Below, one piece after another: positions 1 through 12,982 of a DNA stretch of 64,000 nt. The DNA is taken from NCBI GenBank assembly GCA_964016885.1, contig OZ024757.1, positions 20,212,001 to 20,276,000 on the forward strand. The letters run 5' to 3'. Made by a program: the position numbers and the translations under genes. Within the stretch, counting starts at the first letter, position 1, and each line of letters starts with the position of its first letter. The DNA comes from Eledone cirrhosa (taxonomy: Eukaryota). The notes beneath the pieces are model-generated. The model saw nothing but the letters and a program-made list of their open reading frames with translations. It ran no database searches and was not told where the DNA came from.

Positions 1-790
1 TAATTGTTTCTACTATTGGCACAAGGCCAGCAATTATCCCAGTGTATTACTGGTACTTTATTTTATCGACTCAGTAAGGATGAAAGACAAAGTTAACCTC
101 GGCGGGATTTGAACTCAGATCATAAAGGGCTGTAACTCTTTGCTACAAAAGCCATAATAGTCGATGGTTAGTAACTTGATGGTCTTACCATTTACGATTG
201 GGTTCGTGGTCGAGGCCTGAAACAAGATAGCGCTGTCAGTGAATGTTGTTACTTCTCGCACATCGGAGATGAATGAAATAAATGATTAAAATAAAAGTGT
301 TTTATAAAATATCATAGTATTTGTTATATTTGTGGAGGGTTATTTTGTTCTAATATTACCAGAAAAATCATTGTTTGGTTCGGTTTTCGCTTCAGTATAT
401 CTTTATATTTCTATAAATAATTTAGCTGGCAATTAATGTTTATCATTGATTGAACAACAGTTAAATATATAAATATAGTTTCTTTCGTCACATATTAGTT
501 TAAGCCAGGGTTAGTGTTACTGTAGCAGAACTCTTATGGAAGACGACCCACTGTTGATCAACCCATCTCGCTGCTCTTTTGTGTACTAAAGACGACAATA
601 TCCAGTGTCTCCGTCGTTTGTTTTTAGTGGAGAGATTTGGTTGTTATTTCTAATCGGTTGAGCAATTGGATAACTACTGTTGATTTATTCATACATGCAC
701 ACCAATGTGTGGACCTGTTATTTTTATCTAAAGACATTTTTTCTAATTCCACCCCGCCCGTCCCTTCAATCTATCTTATTTCTCATTCTT

Positions 791-826
791 TCTTCTGATG
801 AAGGACTAGCGTCCGAAACGTTAAGA
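791..826 (+). ncRNA. Minimal type I hammerhead ribozyme (PLE-type)
   Basis: TCTT-CTGATGA-A-GGAC(tagc)GTCC-GAAA-CG-TT-AAGA. Stem I TCTT/AAGA, stem II GGAC/GTCC, loop-less palindromic stem III ACGT, GUU site. Confidence 0.85.
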
Positions 827-1406
827 CCCTCTTCCTGCTATATCAAGCGTGAACCTAATATATTCCTTCCATATACTGTCCTGTTTGTGTTGTTATTTCT
901 GTTTACCTTTCACACACACACGCACACATATATAATATATATATATATATATAATATATATATATATATAGGTTTTAATATAGATGAGATTCTCATCTAT
1001 ATTAAAACCTTTATACTTTGCTATGTATTGAGTACCTTACTTACTGTGGTTACCTCCGATTCAACCCGGAATAACGTATATATATATATATATATATAGA
1101 TATCAAGTAAGAATATTTTCGAAACAGCGAGTGGGTTTGAAATTATTAGAAATGTAAGCTACGCCGTATTTTGACTAAAGAAATTAAAGAAATTATTTAG
1201 CCTGATAGTGGGGTTAAGAACCCTCGGAGAAATGGAAAAAGATGAGTATTGACGTACATATATGAAGGTAGATAAGGTTTTGTTTATTTATATTGGGAAT
1301 AAATGTTTAAACAAGAAAACTGCTTACCCGAAAGTTTGACTCGACGGTATCCTTTAAATTGTATAAAATAAATATCCAAGCAAATAAATCCATAATCTCT
1401 TCACGC

Positions 1407-1437
<31 letters not shown>

Positions 1438-1563
1438 ACGAAGGAGTTGTGGTAAGCAACCAGACTAAAAATTCTAATTTAGTCCAGAAATAGTCGTCGA
1501 AACGGCTTGAGCTCTGCCGTCGGGGGTCATACTTTTTCATATATATATACACACACACACACA

Positions 1564-1600
<37 letters not shown>

Positions 1601-1729
1601 GAAGCCGGCCGTCGAAGAAACAACACAACACCACACCACTTGTTCGGCCGGACTCTGTATCAAGAAAAGAAAATCTCTTTCAGAGAAATTATTGGATTCT
1701 TCCAAATTGAAAGTTTATTTTAGGTTTTA

Positions 1730-1787
1730 CCATCTGAAGAGCTCAGGCTATTTTAACTGATAGTCCTCAGTGAAATATGTATAATAG
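1730..1787 (+). ncRNA. Type I hammerhead ribozyme motif
   Basis: CCAT-CTGAAGA-GCTCAGGCTAT...ATAGTCCTCAGT-GAAA-TATGTA-TA-ATAG. Core intact; one mismatch each in stems I and II. Confidence 0.7.
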
Positions 1788-2109
1788 AGTTTTAAATAAA
1801 ACTGAATATGGCCTCCGATCTTATATATACATATATATATTGCGTGTGTGTATAAATATATATATATATTGTGATATTGAATTTTTATTTTGTACTAATA
1901 AAAAAATATATATATATATATACACACGCACAATATATATTAGACGAATTAGTGGTTAGAGCGTTGGGTTTGCAATTGAGAGGTTGTAAGTTCGATTCTC
2001 AGTCTGGGTGATGGCGTTCTGTCACACGCTATACACTCACACAACCCTGGTTACCTCCCCTCGACTATATTTTAATGAAAATATCTGCACAAACACAAGT
2101 TATTTTCTA

Positions 2110-2400
2110 ATGCCAATGCTTCGTTGTTGCCGCAGTCACAAACATCGTCCCCATCCTTTAAATATCCCCATTTTGCATATCCAACACCAGATCTCAGTCT
2201 GTTGGGGGTATTTCCACACTGCATAGTTTGTATCTTCTCCAGGGGGTCAGCGTCTCGCTCGCCTTTAGCTCCAGTGTTGTTACAGATGGGAGGTTGTTAA
2301 GTATTTTCTTACCAGTGAATGACTTATGAGAATACCAACTGCTACCTGTGCAGTCATTTCTGGCACCACACCTGAATAGTGGAGTTCCCATCCTTTGAGC
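2110..2400 (-). mobile_element. Ingi/Vingi-like LINE C-terminal fragment
   Basis: Frameshifted PG...VWK../NRLRSGVG..KWGY....VCDCG. Confidence 0.55.
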
Positions 2401-2477
2401 ATGTCAATTACCTACACACAGTAGCATCAAATTTAATCAGAAGTTCACTTCCAATGACAACGTATATTTTTAAGAAA

Positions 2478-2665
2478 ATAAAAAAAAAATTAATCACAGT
2501 GGAATTGTAACCTAAGTAAACATGAAAGAACAGCCGAACTCCCACTGTCATCGCTTCCATCTCTCTGGCCCTCCCCATCTCTCCATATGGTGAGCAATTG
2601 GGGTCCCACGTGCTGGCCTCCCCACAGCCCCGCTGGACAGAATGGAGAAGGCATTTCCCCGGAGG
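2478..2665 (-). mobile_element. CRE family 3' end
   Basis: Reverse-complement match to 7100-7215. Confidence 0.7.
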
Positions 2666-3324
2666 ACGCTAGCATCTGGCTTCCTCTAGTAGTTTCTGCT
2701 ACTTACCTGTAAGAAGTCAATCAGACTGGTGTGTTCACCTGGCTGCTAGGTGATCAGGCAGCTAACCAGTTTCCTGAGGTTTTCCTGAAGTTTTTCTCAC
2801 AGAACTCCACGTGTCTTATCTGCTCTTAGTTTCTCCAACCATAGCCACCGTGTACACCTGTGGAGACGTCCTTATGCTGTCCAACATATAATATATTTGA
2901 ATACCTAAATGCTGTCAAAGACAGTGATAGGCAAAGATGTGTTAGAGGACAGAGACCAGCAACTAGTGGTCAACAGAGACACACACTCACCTTGTAGATT
3001 GTCTCTCTGTTGACCACTGGCCACTGCTCTCTCAGGCATTTTTGCCCATCGCAGTCTTCGACAGCATTTAGTTATTTTAACGACTGTTCTAGGGATGAGT
3101 TTTCTCATTTTCATATATATTTGCACTTCGTCTTGATCAGAGACAACATTGTTTCAAATATGATATAATATATATAGGAGTAATAGGTAGGTAAAAATAT
3201 CCAAGTTTTAGAGCAACTCAAGTCAGTAGGGCGAGTTTGAATATAATTATTAAGGCCAGTTACTACAACAGCGCCAAACCAGGTACATATGTTTCATTAG
3301 CTCTGAGGACCAACTTGTTCAACC

Positions 3325-3862
3325 TTTGCCGCCTCATGGCCCCGGCGGAGAGAATAGAGGTGTTTCCCTGGAGGATGGTGAAGGAGATGCGCTGGAAGAG
3401 CCATTCTATCTTGTGAGGCTCACACCTGTAGTTCACCAGCTTAGTGCCTATGGTGGTAAGTAGGGATGTAGCCCTAGGGGCAAGGACACCAGAAGTCTCC
3501 ACTGCTAGGGGTAGCTAGCTCAGTGCCTATGGTGGTAAGTAGGGAGGTAGCTCTAGGGCCAAGGACACCAGAAGTCTCTACTGCTAGGGGTAGCTAGCTT
3601 AGTGTCTATGGTAGTGAATAGGGAGGTAGCCCTAGGGGCAAGGACACCAGAAGTCTCCACTGCTAGGGGTAGCAAGCTCGGCACCTAGGGTGTTGAGTAG
3701 GGAGGTAGCTAACTCAGTGCCTATGGTGGTAAGTAGGGAGGTAGCCCTAGGGGCAAGGACACCAGAAGTCTCCACTGCTAGGGGTAGCTAGCTCAGTGCC
3801 TATGGTGGTAAGTAGGGAGGTAGCCCTAGGGCCAAGGACACCAGAGGTCTCCACTTCTACAG
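3325..3862 (-). mobile_element. CRE fragment with internal tandem amplification of an about 80-bp unit
   Basis: ETSGVL.PRATSLLTTIGT segment repeated about 5 times; homologous to 6960-7140. Confidence 0.8.
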
Positions 3863-3872
3863 GTAGACAGCT

Positions 3873-3908
<36 letters not shown>

Positions 3909-5004
3909 GTGTGAGTACGTGCGTGCCAGAAATATGTGTGGAAAGTTCGTATTTCTCTGGTCTTTCATGTCCAAACTGTAGCCGCCCCCGCTCACTACCT
4001 GTCAACAACAGCCGATCCTAAGTATGACTTATAACCTAATGAACGCTTCGAGCAAGTCTGGCAATGGAAGACAAATTGACCTGGTGAGAGATAGACATTA
4101 TTTAGGATAAACTGATGAGTGGACTCAAAATACCACGTGTAAATATTAATGGAGAAATTCGCACAGAGAATCGGAGGCGAGCTTACGAACCGAGGAATAT
4201 CTGAAGATCTTTCGATTCCAATGTCAGGTTCGATCAATAATAGATCGTTCCTCGGACTGATCGACATATTTAATGACATATGTAATCATCATCATCATCA
4301 CCGTTTTACGTCCGTTCTTCCACGCTAGCATGGGTCAGACGGGTTGTCCTGTTGTGGGCAGTGTCGGGTCGGCTGACCATGCCTTGCTCATACAGGAACT
4401 GATCTGGCTTGATTTCTACAGCTGGATGCCCTTCCTAACACCAACCTCATTTACAGTGAGTGCTGGGTGCTTTTTCGTGGCGCCTACACGTCCACTTTCC
4501 AGTGTGGGCTGGGTGCTTTTTTGCCGTGGCACCTCCACGACCACTTTGCAGTGGGGGTGGCATATTGTCTATATGCTTCAGCTTGTACCCATGGGAGGCC
4601 GGGTACTCTGTATTACTGCGTGACGCCAGAGGTTACGGTCGTGTGTCATTGCCTTTGAGAGGTGTAATTGGGTAATATGTTATTAAATATGTTATGATGC
4701 AACACTGAATCTTTGTCCCTTTATTCTTATACTCTGTCCTGCGTGAACATCGAGTGCTCACTTGGCATACCGCCTACGGACGCAATTTTCTTGCACCTAT
4801 ATATATATTAGTAAAAGGAAAAGAAAATGGTGACAAATTTTTCCCAGTGAAAAATAGTTTAATTAGGAATAAGTATAAATTAGTAATAAGTATTGGTTAG
4901 TATTCAGTTTTAGTTTTAAGTTTTTACCGGTTGCGCATTTCTAATGCTTTTCAAAAATAATTTTGAGATAGAGCGTTCGTGATTTTTGCTCTAATCTCTC
5001 TCTC

Positions 5005-5119
<115 letters not shown>

Positions 5120-5371
5120 GTTGTTATTAATGTGTCAATAAATTTTTGTTAGTAGCAATATTAAGTTCTCCACGCTTTTGTATATCTCCAATTCCATTTA
5201 TGGGAACAGTTAGATGATGTAAAACGGAGTATTTGCATCAAATAGTTTTATGACCCTAACTGAGGACAATAGCAGTCGCCTGTTTTGACTGCTTGATCTT
5301 CATATGAGGGACTAAACTCTGTTAGTGAACATCTCTAATTTTCTCCCTCATATCAAGGATTTGAAGACAAT

Positions 5372-5460
5372 TCATTTTCACCTGACGAGATCAGTGATAA
5401 TCGATCATGGCTACACGATCGATTTATCTCTTATTGAAACATGTGTCGTGATTAAAATGA
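5372..5460 (+). ncRNA. Type I hammerhead ribozyme with bulged extended stem I
   Basis: TCATTTTCAC-CTGACGA-(stem II GATAATCGATC/GATCGATTTATC)-GAAA-CATGTG-TC-GTG(att)AAAATGA. GUC site at 5445-5447. Confidence 0.88.
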
Positions 5461-5518
5461 TTGGAAATTTATACCTTGCCTTCGGATCTTTATTTTGATA
5501 TATATATATATATGTATA

Positions 5519-5826
5519 CAATGATATTAAATAAATGGAAACTATATTTATAAAACCATATTTATTCTATTATATATACTTCAAGGGTACCAAAACTTCG
5601 CTACGCACTCATCAGATAAAATTCAAAGTTTGTTTTATAAATTTTGACACATCCAGAAAGAAGATCTTACGGTTCAAAGATCTTCTTCCTGGGTATGTCA
5701 CTATTTATAAAACAAACTTTGTATTTTATCTGATGAGAGCGTACTAAAGTTTTGGTACCCTTGAAATATATATAATAGAATAAATATGGTTTTATAAATA
5801 TAGTTTCCATTTATTTAATATCATTG
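5519..5826. mobile_element. Fold-back PLE-like mini-element with a hammerhead in each arm
   Basis: About 105-bp inverted arms (caatgatattaaataaatgg... / ...ccatttatttaatatcattg), next to (TA)n. Confidence 0.75.
5722..5782 (+). ncRNA. Type I hammerhead ribozyme
   Basis: TATTTTAT-CTGATGA-GAGCGTACTAAA/TTTGGTACCCTT-GAAA-TATATA-TA-ATAGAATA. A mirror copy on the minus strand at about 5563-5622 has GAAA changed to GAAG. Confidence 0.85.
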
Positions 5827-6349
5827 AATATTATACTCCAGAAAAAACTGTTGAGTGCTTCGAATCAGTTATAAACATATATATTTGTTGAATTGCCAAC
5901 AAATTAAATATCCCTTTTGCTTATATATACGTATACATATATGTAACGTCCTATGTTTGCAATGTTCATAATTTGTAAAATATAAAATGTTTTATCTATA
6001 TTCGATTGAAGAAGAAAAGTATTCAATGTTCATAATTTGTAAAAAATAAAATGTTTAATCTATATTCGATTAAAGAAGAAAAGAAGTTCTTTAAATATAT
6101 AGTTTCATTACGTAAATAGACTAACAGTTTTGTTCAATCAAAGACGTTTACTATGGAAAGAATTAGATTACCTTTATGAAATATGGCTACAGATACAGTA
6201 AACCATACCATACACATATATATATACACAATAATACAATGCTTACATAACGAAAGCACAAACAAATATAATGTAAAGGAAAGGGAAAACAGAAGAAAAA
6301 AAAGAATACACACATCTGGGACCACATACAACAAAATGCAGGTGAAAGG

Positions 6350-7215
6350 GGGTGGACAACGCAGTCGCTACCAGAATAAAAGATACCAGTATCGAGAGGA
6401 GACGTCCCTCCTCCTTCTCTCCTGCTGACGTCAAGTACCCCCAGAGCATTTGGGATGCCATCCAGTGCTGCCTGGCCTCAGACAGGCTCACGTACCAGCT
6501 CGACCAGCACTGCTTTGCCTGGCTCCATGGCTTGCTCTCTTTCTTCACTGGCACGAAGCTGGATAACGATAGCCTGCGCATCAGCCTTTCCTTGAGGCTT
6601 GGCCTCTGGATCTGTGAGCCACACAAATGTTGCTGTGGATCCACCGTGGACTCTTTCGGCCTCCACCCGCTTTCCTGTCGCCTTCCACGAGGTCATAAAG
6701 CATGGCTTGGACGCTGCAAACTTCCCCTCCCAGCTCGATATGGTGCGGTTGGACTGAGGGGACGGCAAAAGGCCAGACGGCATGACCGTCTTCCCGTTCC
6801 GTGGTGGCAAACCCCTCGTCTGCGATGCTACTTGCAGCGACACTTTCTCCAGCCGCAACCTGGTGCAGTCTGTGACTAACCCAGGTTCTGCTGCACGTCA
6901 GGCTGAGGAGGCCAAACTCTCCAAGTACTGGTCGCTCGCCGACAGGTTCGCGGTTGTGCCCTTGGCAATGGAGACTTCTGGTGTCCTTGGCCCTAGGGCT
7001 ACCTCCCTACTCACCACCATAACCACTGAGCTGGCAAGCCGCAGGTTTGAGCCTCGTGAGTTGGAATGGCTCTTCCAGCGCATCTCCCTTACCATTCTCC
7101 TGGGAAACGCCTTCTCCATTCTGTCAGCCGGGGCTGTGGGGAGGCCAGCACGCGGGACCCCATTTACTCACCATACAGAGAGATGGCAGCATTGACAGTG
7201 GGAGTTCAGCTCTTC
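6350..7215 (+). mobile_element. CRE-clade non-LTR retrotransposon 3' fragment (zinc knuckle plus restriction-like endonuclease)
   Basis: LSLRLG...C.CG..VD..GLH.LSC, RPDG...DATCSDT, AEEAKLSKY, PLAMETSG, LFQRISLTILLGNA. Frameshifted. Confidence 0.85.
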
Positions 7216-7930
7216 CACGTTCGGACCATATCTTTGTGGTTGTGTCCATCAAGCCCTAGTGCAGTAATGAAATATATGTAAAAGTAATTAACCCCATGAA
7301 CAAGTTTGTATAACATATTCACCTATTTTTAATGCAAGCCAGCATGCTCGTAGCAATACCTTTGGTGATGGCGAGGCTGAAACGCTGGAACAACCAAGCG
7401 CCCTCATTACCCAGTTACTTCTGTGAGGCGAGCCGGCAGCTAAGATAGGAATCTTGCAGTCAATAGCCAAACTCCCCCATATATATATATATATGTATGT
7501 ATGTATATTATATACATATGTATATGTGTGAGGTGCAGCCGATATGGTGAATTCCTCCCCCCCCCCTCCCTCTTCCCTTTCTTTTATTATTTTTGTTGAA
7601 TGAATTTATATTATACGGTGTAGAAATTATATATTTGTAATGACCTTCTGAACAAATTGCGAGCAATTTATAATGATATTTACGCATTTGAAATGTTATT
7701 ACTTTCATTATTTTTTGTTTTAATAATATAATATATAATAATTTTAATCATTTAAACCAACATTCGTCAACGAACTAAGCGATAACGACATGGACAAAAG
7801 ACGTAATAGGAGATGACAAGAGTTTCGGACCACTCTTTCAGCAGCACAGTAATCTGTATTTACATCAAGAAAATAGATCAAATATGATGGCAAATATTAA
7901 ACATAATTATATAAATAAATACACACACAT

Positions 7931-7984
<54 letters not shown>

Positions 7985-8064
7985 TCTTGAATGGTATAAT
8001 ATAGACCAATCGATAGTGTACGGAATGTTTTTGTCCTTGAATTCCTACACTTTATTTGCGAATC

Positions 8065-8095
<31 letters not shown>

Positions 8096-8422
8096 TCACA
8101 CATATATATATATATATACACACATATATATATATATGAAAAGACAAATATTGGAACCTCCTATAATCTCATATTAGCTAGGTAGCAGAGTAAACAATGT
8201 AAGGAAGTTGAGTACTTTTTGTAAATATGGCGTCAGCGCAATTCATTTAATTTGACATATTGTATTGAAAGGTATAAAATACGAGAAAAACACACAAAAA
8301 AAAACAGGGCTTCCTGATAGATACGAAATGAATTTGTGTACATACTTTCTTTCTTTACCCTCTGAACGGAGAATTATGGATATCAACACTAGGTTTGATT
8401 TGGATATATATATATATATATA

Positions 8423-9015
8423 ATAAATGTTTCTACTTTTGGCACAAGGCCAGCAATTATCCAGTACATTACTGGTACTTTATTTTAACGACCCCCGTAA
8501 GGATGAAAGGCAAAGTTAACCTCGGCGGGATTTGAACTCAGATCATAAAGGGAAGTAACTCTTTGCTTCAAAGCATGGCATAATAATTGTTTCTACTTTT
8601 GGCACAAGGCCAGCAATTATCTCAGTGTATTACTGGTACTTTATTTTATCGACCCCCGTAAGGATGAAAGGCAAAGTTAACCTCGGCGGGATTTGAACTC
8701 AGATCATAAAGGGAAGTAACTCTTTGCTTCAAAGCATGGCATAATAATTGTTTCTACTTTTGGCACAAGGCCAGCAATTATCTCAGTGTATTACTGGTAC
8801 TTTATTTTAACGACCCCCGTAAGGATGAAAGGCAAAGTTAACCTCGGCGGGATTTGAACTCAGATCATAAAGGGAAGTAACTCTTTGCTTCAAAGCATGG
8901 CATAATAATTGTTTCTACTTTTGGCACAAGGCCAGCAATTATCTCAGTGTATTACTGGTACTTTATTTTATCGACCCCCGTAAGGATGAAAGGCAAAGTT
9001 AACCTCGGCGGGATT
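8423..9015 (-). repeat. Tandem array of about 159-bp SINE fragments (about 3.7 copies)
   Basis: Near-identical head-to-tail copies of the second SINE family. Confidence 0.9.
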
Positions 9016-9422
9016 AATAATGATTTCTACTTTTGGCTCAAAGCCAGTAATTTGAAGGGGAGGGGATAGTTGATTAAATCAACAGTGTAGGGATCTGGAC
9101 AGAACGTAAAGATCCATAAATACATCAATAGTTGATATAGGTTCTGAAATACATATATAAGTTCCAATAGAAACTGTATTGACAAAAAAGGATTTGGGGA
9201 TGTTTTTATTAGTCTTGCCATTTTAAGAAATCTTTTGTACAATAATGTTACCCCCCCCCCCCACACACACACACACACGCTCCCTCCATCCAACACCAGT
9301 TTTATATGAAATAAATATATTTATTAGTTTAATGTAATAGGACAACATAAAAAAAAAATGACTTTAAATACAATGAAAACAATATATATATATGTGTGTA
9401 TACGTATGATGGTGTGTATGTA

Positions 9423-9471
<49 letters not shown>

Positions 9472-9540
9472 TTAACTACTATTGACTACCTTGACTGAAT
9501 CTTAACCATCTACTATGTCAGGGTATATCATGCATCATCT

Positions 9541-9607
9541 TATTTTATCTGATGAGGACGTACTGTTGAAGTTAACTCAGTACCTCTGAAATATGTATAA
9601 TAAAATA
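9541..9607 (+). ncRNA. Type I hammerhead ribozyme
   Basis: TATTTTAT-CTGATGA-GGACGTACTG...CAGTACCTCT-GAAA-TATGTA-TA-ATAAAATA. Perfect 8-bp stem I. Confidence 0.88.
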
Positions 9608-9700
9608 TACTTGATCACAAGAATATCTATTTTGTTAATATATATATATATATTGGAATGAAAAATGGCGTGTTGTGTTGTGTTGTTGTGAATGTGATAC

Positions 9701-10373
9701 ATATGAAGTAAAAATTAGAAAGAGAAGCCGGGACTATCCATCATCAGTGATCTACTAGCCATCATAGGTATTTCTTCGCATTAAAGATCAGATACCTCCG
9801 ACTAGCGCGAACAATAACTAAAATAAGTTATTGGGATAAAAAGAGTTGGGTGGAGAAAGAGAGACAGGTAAACAAACATGAATGGTGAGGCAACGTAAAG
9901 AGAGGAAAACAATGAGAAAATCAAGTCAATGATTCATTTGAACATAAGAACTTGCGAATCTGATCTTTAACCCTTTAGCATTCACATTACTCTATATATA
10001 CTATTATATTTTCATGGTAAAGGCTTTATCTCATATAACATTCACATTACTCTATATATACTATTATATTTTCATGGTAAAGGCTTTATCTCACATAACA
10101 TTCACATTAATCTATATATACTATTATATTTTCATGGTAAAGGCTTTACCTCACATAATATCGAATCTATGAGATTTTGCAAGTATTTATTTTGAGAACA
10201 ATACCTTAACATCAGTTTGAGCGACCAGTTACAGCCAGTTTCAACAGAAAGAGGTAGAGAATTCTGGCTGGTTGTGGGCGGTTTGAACATTAAAGGGTTA
10301 ATGCGAAGAAATGGCCAGTAGATCACTGATGATGGATAGTCCCGGCTTCTCTTTCTAATTTTGACTCCATATA
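9701..10373. repeat. Inverted-repeat element interrupted by a piggyBac MITE
   Basis: Arm 9701-9791 is mirrored by 9958-9970 plus 10298-10373. Both arms carry CTGATGA without a downstream GAAA. Confidence 0.7.
9971..10297 (+). mobile_element. piggyBac-type MITE with 3 internal 60-bp repeats
   Basis: TTAA|CCCTTT ... AAAGGG|TTAA termini. Confidence 0.85.
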
Positions 10374-10587
10374 TATATATATATATATATATAATTAGTT
10401 ACAAGAGTGACATACAGTTTCGTTGGGTTATATACCCCAACTCATTCAGTCTTTCATAGCATTTAAAAGATAAAACAGGCTGGGGTGTATGACCTAACAA
10501 AACTTTAGTACCTGTTGTACTAAATATACTTAACTTGTCCTATGGACTAAAGGCTCTTATCCTTGGATATTTCTAAACTTAAACAAC

Positions 10588-10620
<33 letters not shown>

Positions 10621-11183
10621 AGGTAGTACGGTGAAGTATTTAAACAAAACTTCCTCATTTTTTTCTATATATATATCATCATTTCATTTTACGTCCACTT
10701 TTCCCTGCTTGCTAGGGTGGGACGGGAACTGATTCTGGCTTGATTTCTACAGCTGGATGCCCTTCCTAACACCAACCTCATTTACAGTGAGTGCTGGGTG
10801 CTTTTTTGCCGTGGCACCTCCACGACCACTTTGCAGTGGAATGATAGGGACCCCAGTCCCTATCATCTCATTTCTACAGCTGAGTGAACTGGAGCAATGT
10901 GAAATAAAGTGTCTTGCTCAAGGAAACAACACATCACCCGGTCTGAGAATTGAACTCACAACCTTTCGATTGCAAGGCCAATGCTCTAACCACTAAGCCA
11001 TGTGCCTCTATTATATATATATATATATAATATAGAAATGATTTCTACAGGACTAGAACTGTTTCATTCGGGAGCAATCATCTAGTGCTGTAGAAGCCAT
11101 TTCTATATTAAATATTTATACTCTGCTATGTATTGAGTACCTTCCTTACTGCGGTTACCCCCCGATTGAACCCAGGATAAACT

Positions 11184-11227
<44 letters not shown>

Positions 11228-11402
11228 AAAACAATGTCTCTGATTGAATTCATATAAAAAACCCACCATGTGGATTGTGTCTCCATTGAGCACTGGCCAC
11301 AGGTCCCTGTCCTCTGAAGCGTTGTTGCCCATGGCTGTCTTTGACAGCATTTAGCTGTTTTAACAGTGGTTCTAGAGATGAGTTTCCTCATTTTTATATG
11401 TA

Positions 11403-11437
<35 letters not shown>

Positions 11438-12140
11438 GAAAATCAGTTTTCTCTTAGAAAAAAAAAGCAAAAGAAAGAGAAATCGTAAAATATATATATT
11501 TATATCATCGTTTAACGTCCATCTTCCACGCTAGCATGGGTTGGATGGGTTTGTTGCAATTGAGGCAAGATTGGTCAGGTGACCCTGTCTCGCTCGTACA
11601 GAACTGTTTCTTGCAGGTTTTCTACGGATGGATGCCCTTCCCAACACCACCCACATTTACATATATATATATATATATATATTATATATCATATGTCCCT
11701 TTATGAGTTCAAATTCCGCCGAGGTTAACTTTGCCTTTCATCCTTACGGGGTCGATAAAATAATGTACCAGTAATGTACAGGGTGATTGCTGACCTTGTG
11801 CCAAAAGTAGAAACAATTATATATAATATATATATATTATATATATAATATATATATATTATATATATAATATATATATATAATTGTTTCTACCTTTGGC
11901 ACAAAGCCAGCAATTATCCCAGTGAATTACTGGTACTTTATTTTATCGACCCCGTAAGGATGAAAGGCAACGTTAAACTTGGCGAGATTTGAACTCAAAT
12001 ATATATATATAATATATATATAGATAATATATATATATATTATATATAATATATATATATATTATATATAATATATATATATATATATTATATATAATAT
12101 ATATATATTATATATATGTTCCGTATAACCATGTCCATTA

Positions 12141-12178
12141 CAAGCTGAGGATCCGCTAAGGTGAAACAATTGTTCTCG
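12141..12178 (+). ncRNA. Minimal type I hammerhead ribozyme
   Basis: CAAG-CTGAGGA-TCCGCTAAGGT-GAAA-CAATTG-TT-CTCG. Perfect palindromic stem III ACAATTGT; weak stem II. Confidence 0.65.
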
Positions 12179-12234
12179 GTATGGCAAACTAACTGTTGTG
12201 TAACCACTTCTATATTATATATATATATAGCTTA

Positions 12235-12750
12235 ATCTATGGTAGAACTAGAGAAGCAGGGACTAGATAGAAAGGGTCTCAAAGTCAACCTGACAAAGAC
12301 TAAGTTTCTTGTAAGTAGACGAGAAAACAGAACCCAAATCCCCTCAGCGAAATGGCCTTGCTCAGTATGTAGGAAAGGTGTAGGTAGGAAGTCCATTCTC
12401 TTCCCCAAATGCAAACAATGGGTACACAAGAGAAGTAGCGGGATCTCAGGAAGCTTAACTAAGAATGTAGGCTTCACATGTAGCAGCTGTGCTGGGACAG
12501 CAGGCAGCAAACAGCCACAGGAAACAAGTACCACCAATCTCTGGGAGGGCTCTGTAGAGACAGTAGACAGCTTCTGTTAGCAGCGGAGGTGGGTGTTCGG
12601 AAAGTATGATAACTAGGGTAAGAACAGGATAGAAGTTCAGGGAGCTACTGCCACTGCTAGCTGCAAAAGGCTTTTCCCTCAAAATGAAAGGCAGACTGTC
12701 TGATGACACACGACCGTGACCTCTGGCGTTACGCAGTAATACAGAAGATA
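12235..12750 (+). mobile_element. RTE-clade LINE fragment with Cys-rich insert in the RT region
   Basis: KGLKVNLTKTK...WPCSVCRKGVG..SI...CKQWVHKR. Related fragments at 55310-55820, 39050-39470, 22190-22275, 22840-23370, 38000-38272 (MQFGFVPG...FFDLEKAF), 39830-40125 and 24725-25075. Confidence 0.8.
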
Positions 12751-12982
12751 TATACATTACTATATTATATATATATAATATAGTAATAATAATAAATGTG
12801 AAGACTAAAATCCAAAGAGGGCTCGATAAGGATAAATATATATCAAATATATAAGAACCCTAGAGCAAATATTTATTAAAATACCAGATTAAAGTTTAAG
12901 CAAAGAATCGCTGCTTTAACCCTTAATGGGATCTTCTGAAACTAAATATATATACAATATATATATATATATATAATATAAT

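Noticed and set aside
4112-4145. CTGATGA GTGGACTC AAAA as a hammerhead
   Set aside because: No GAAA box and no consistent stems.
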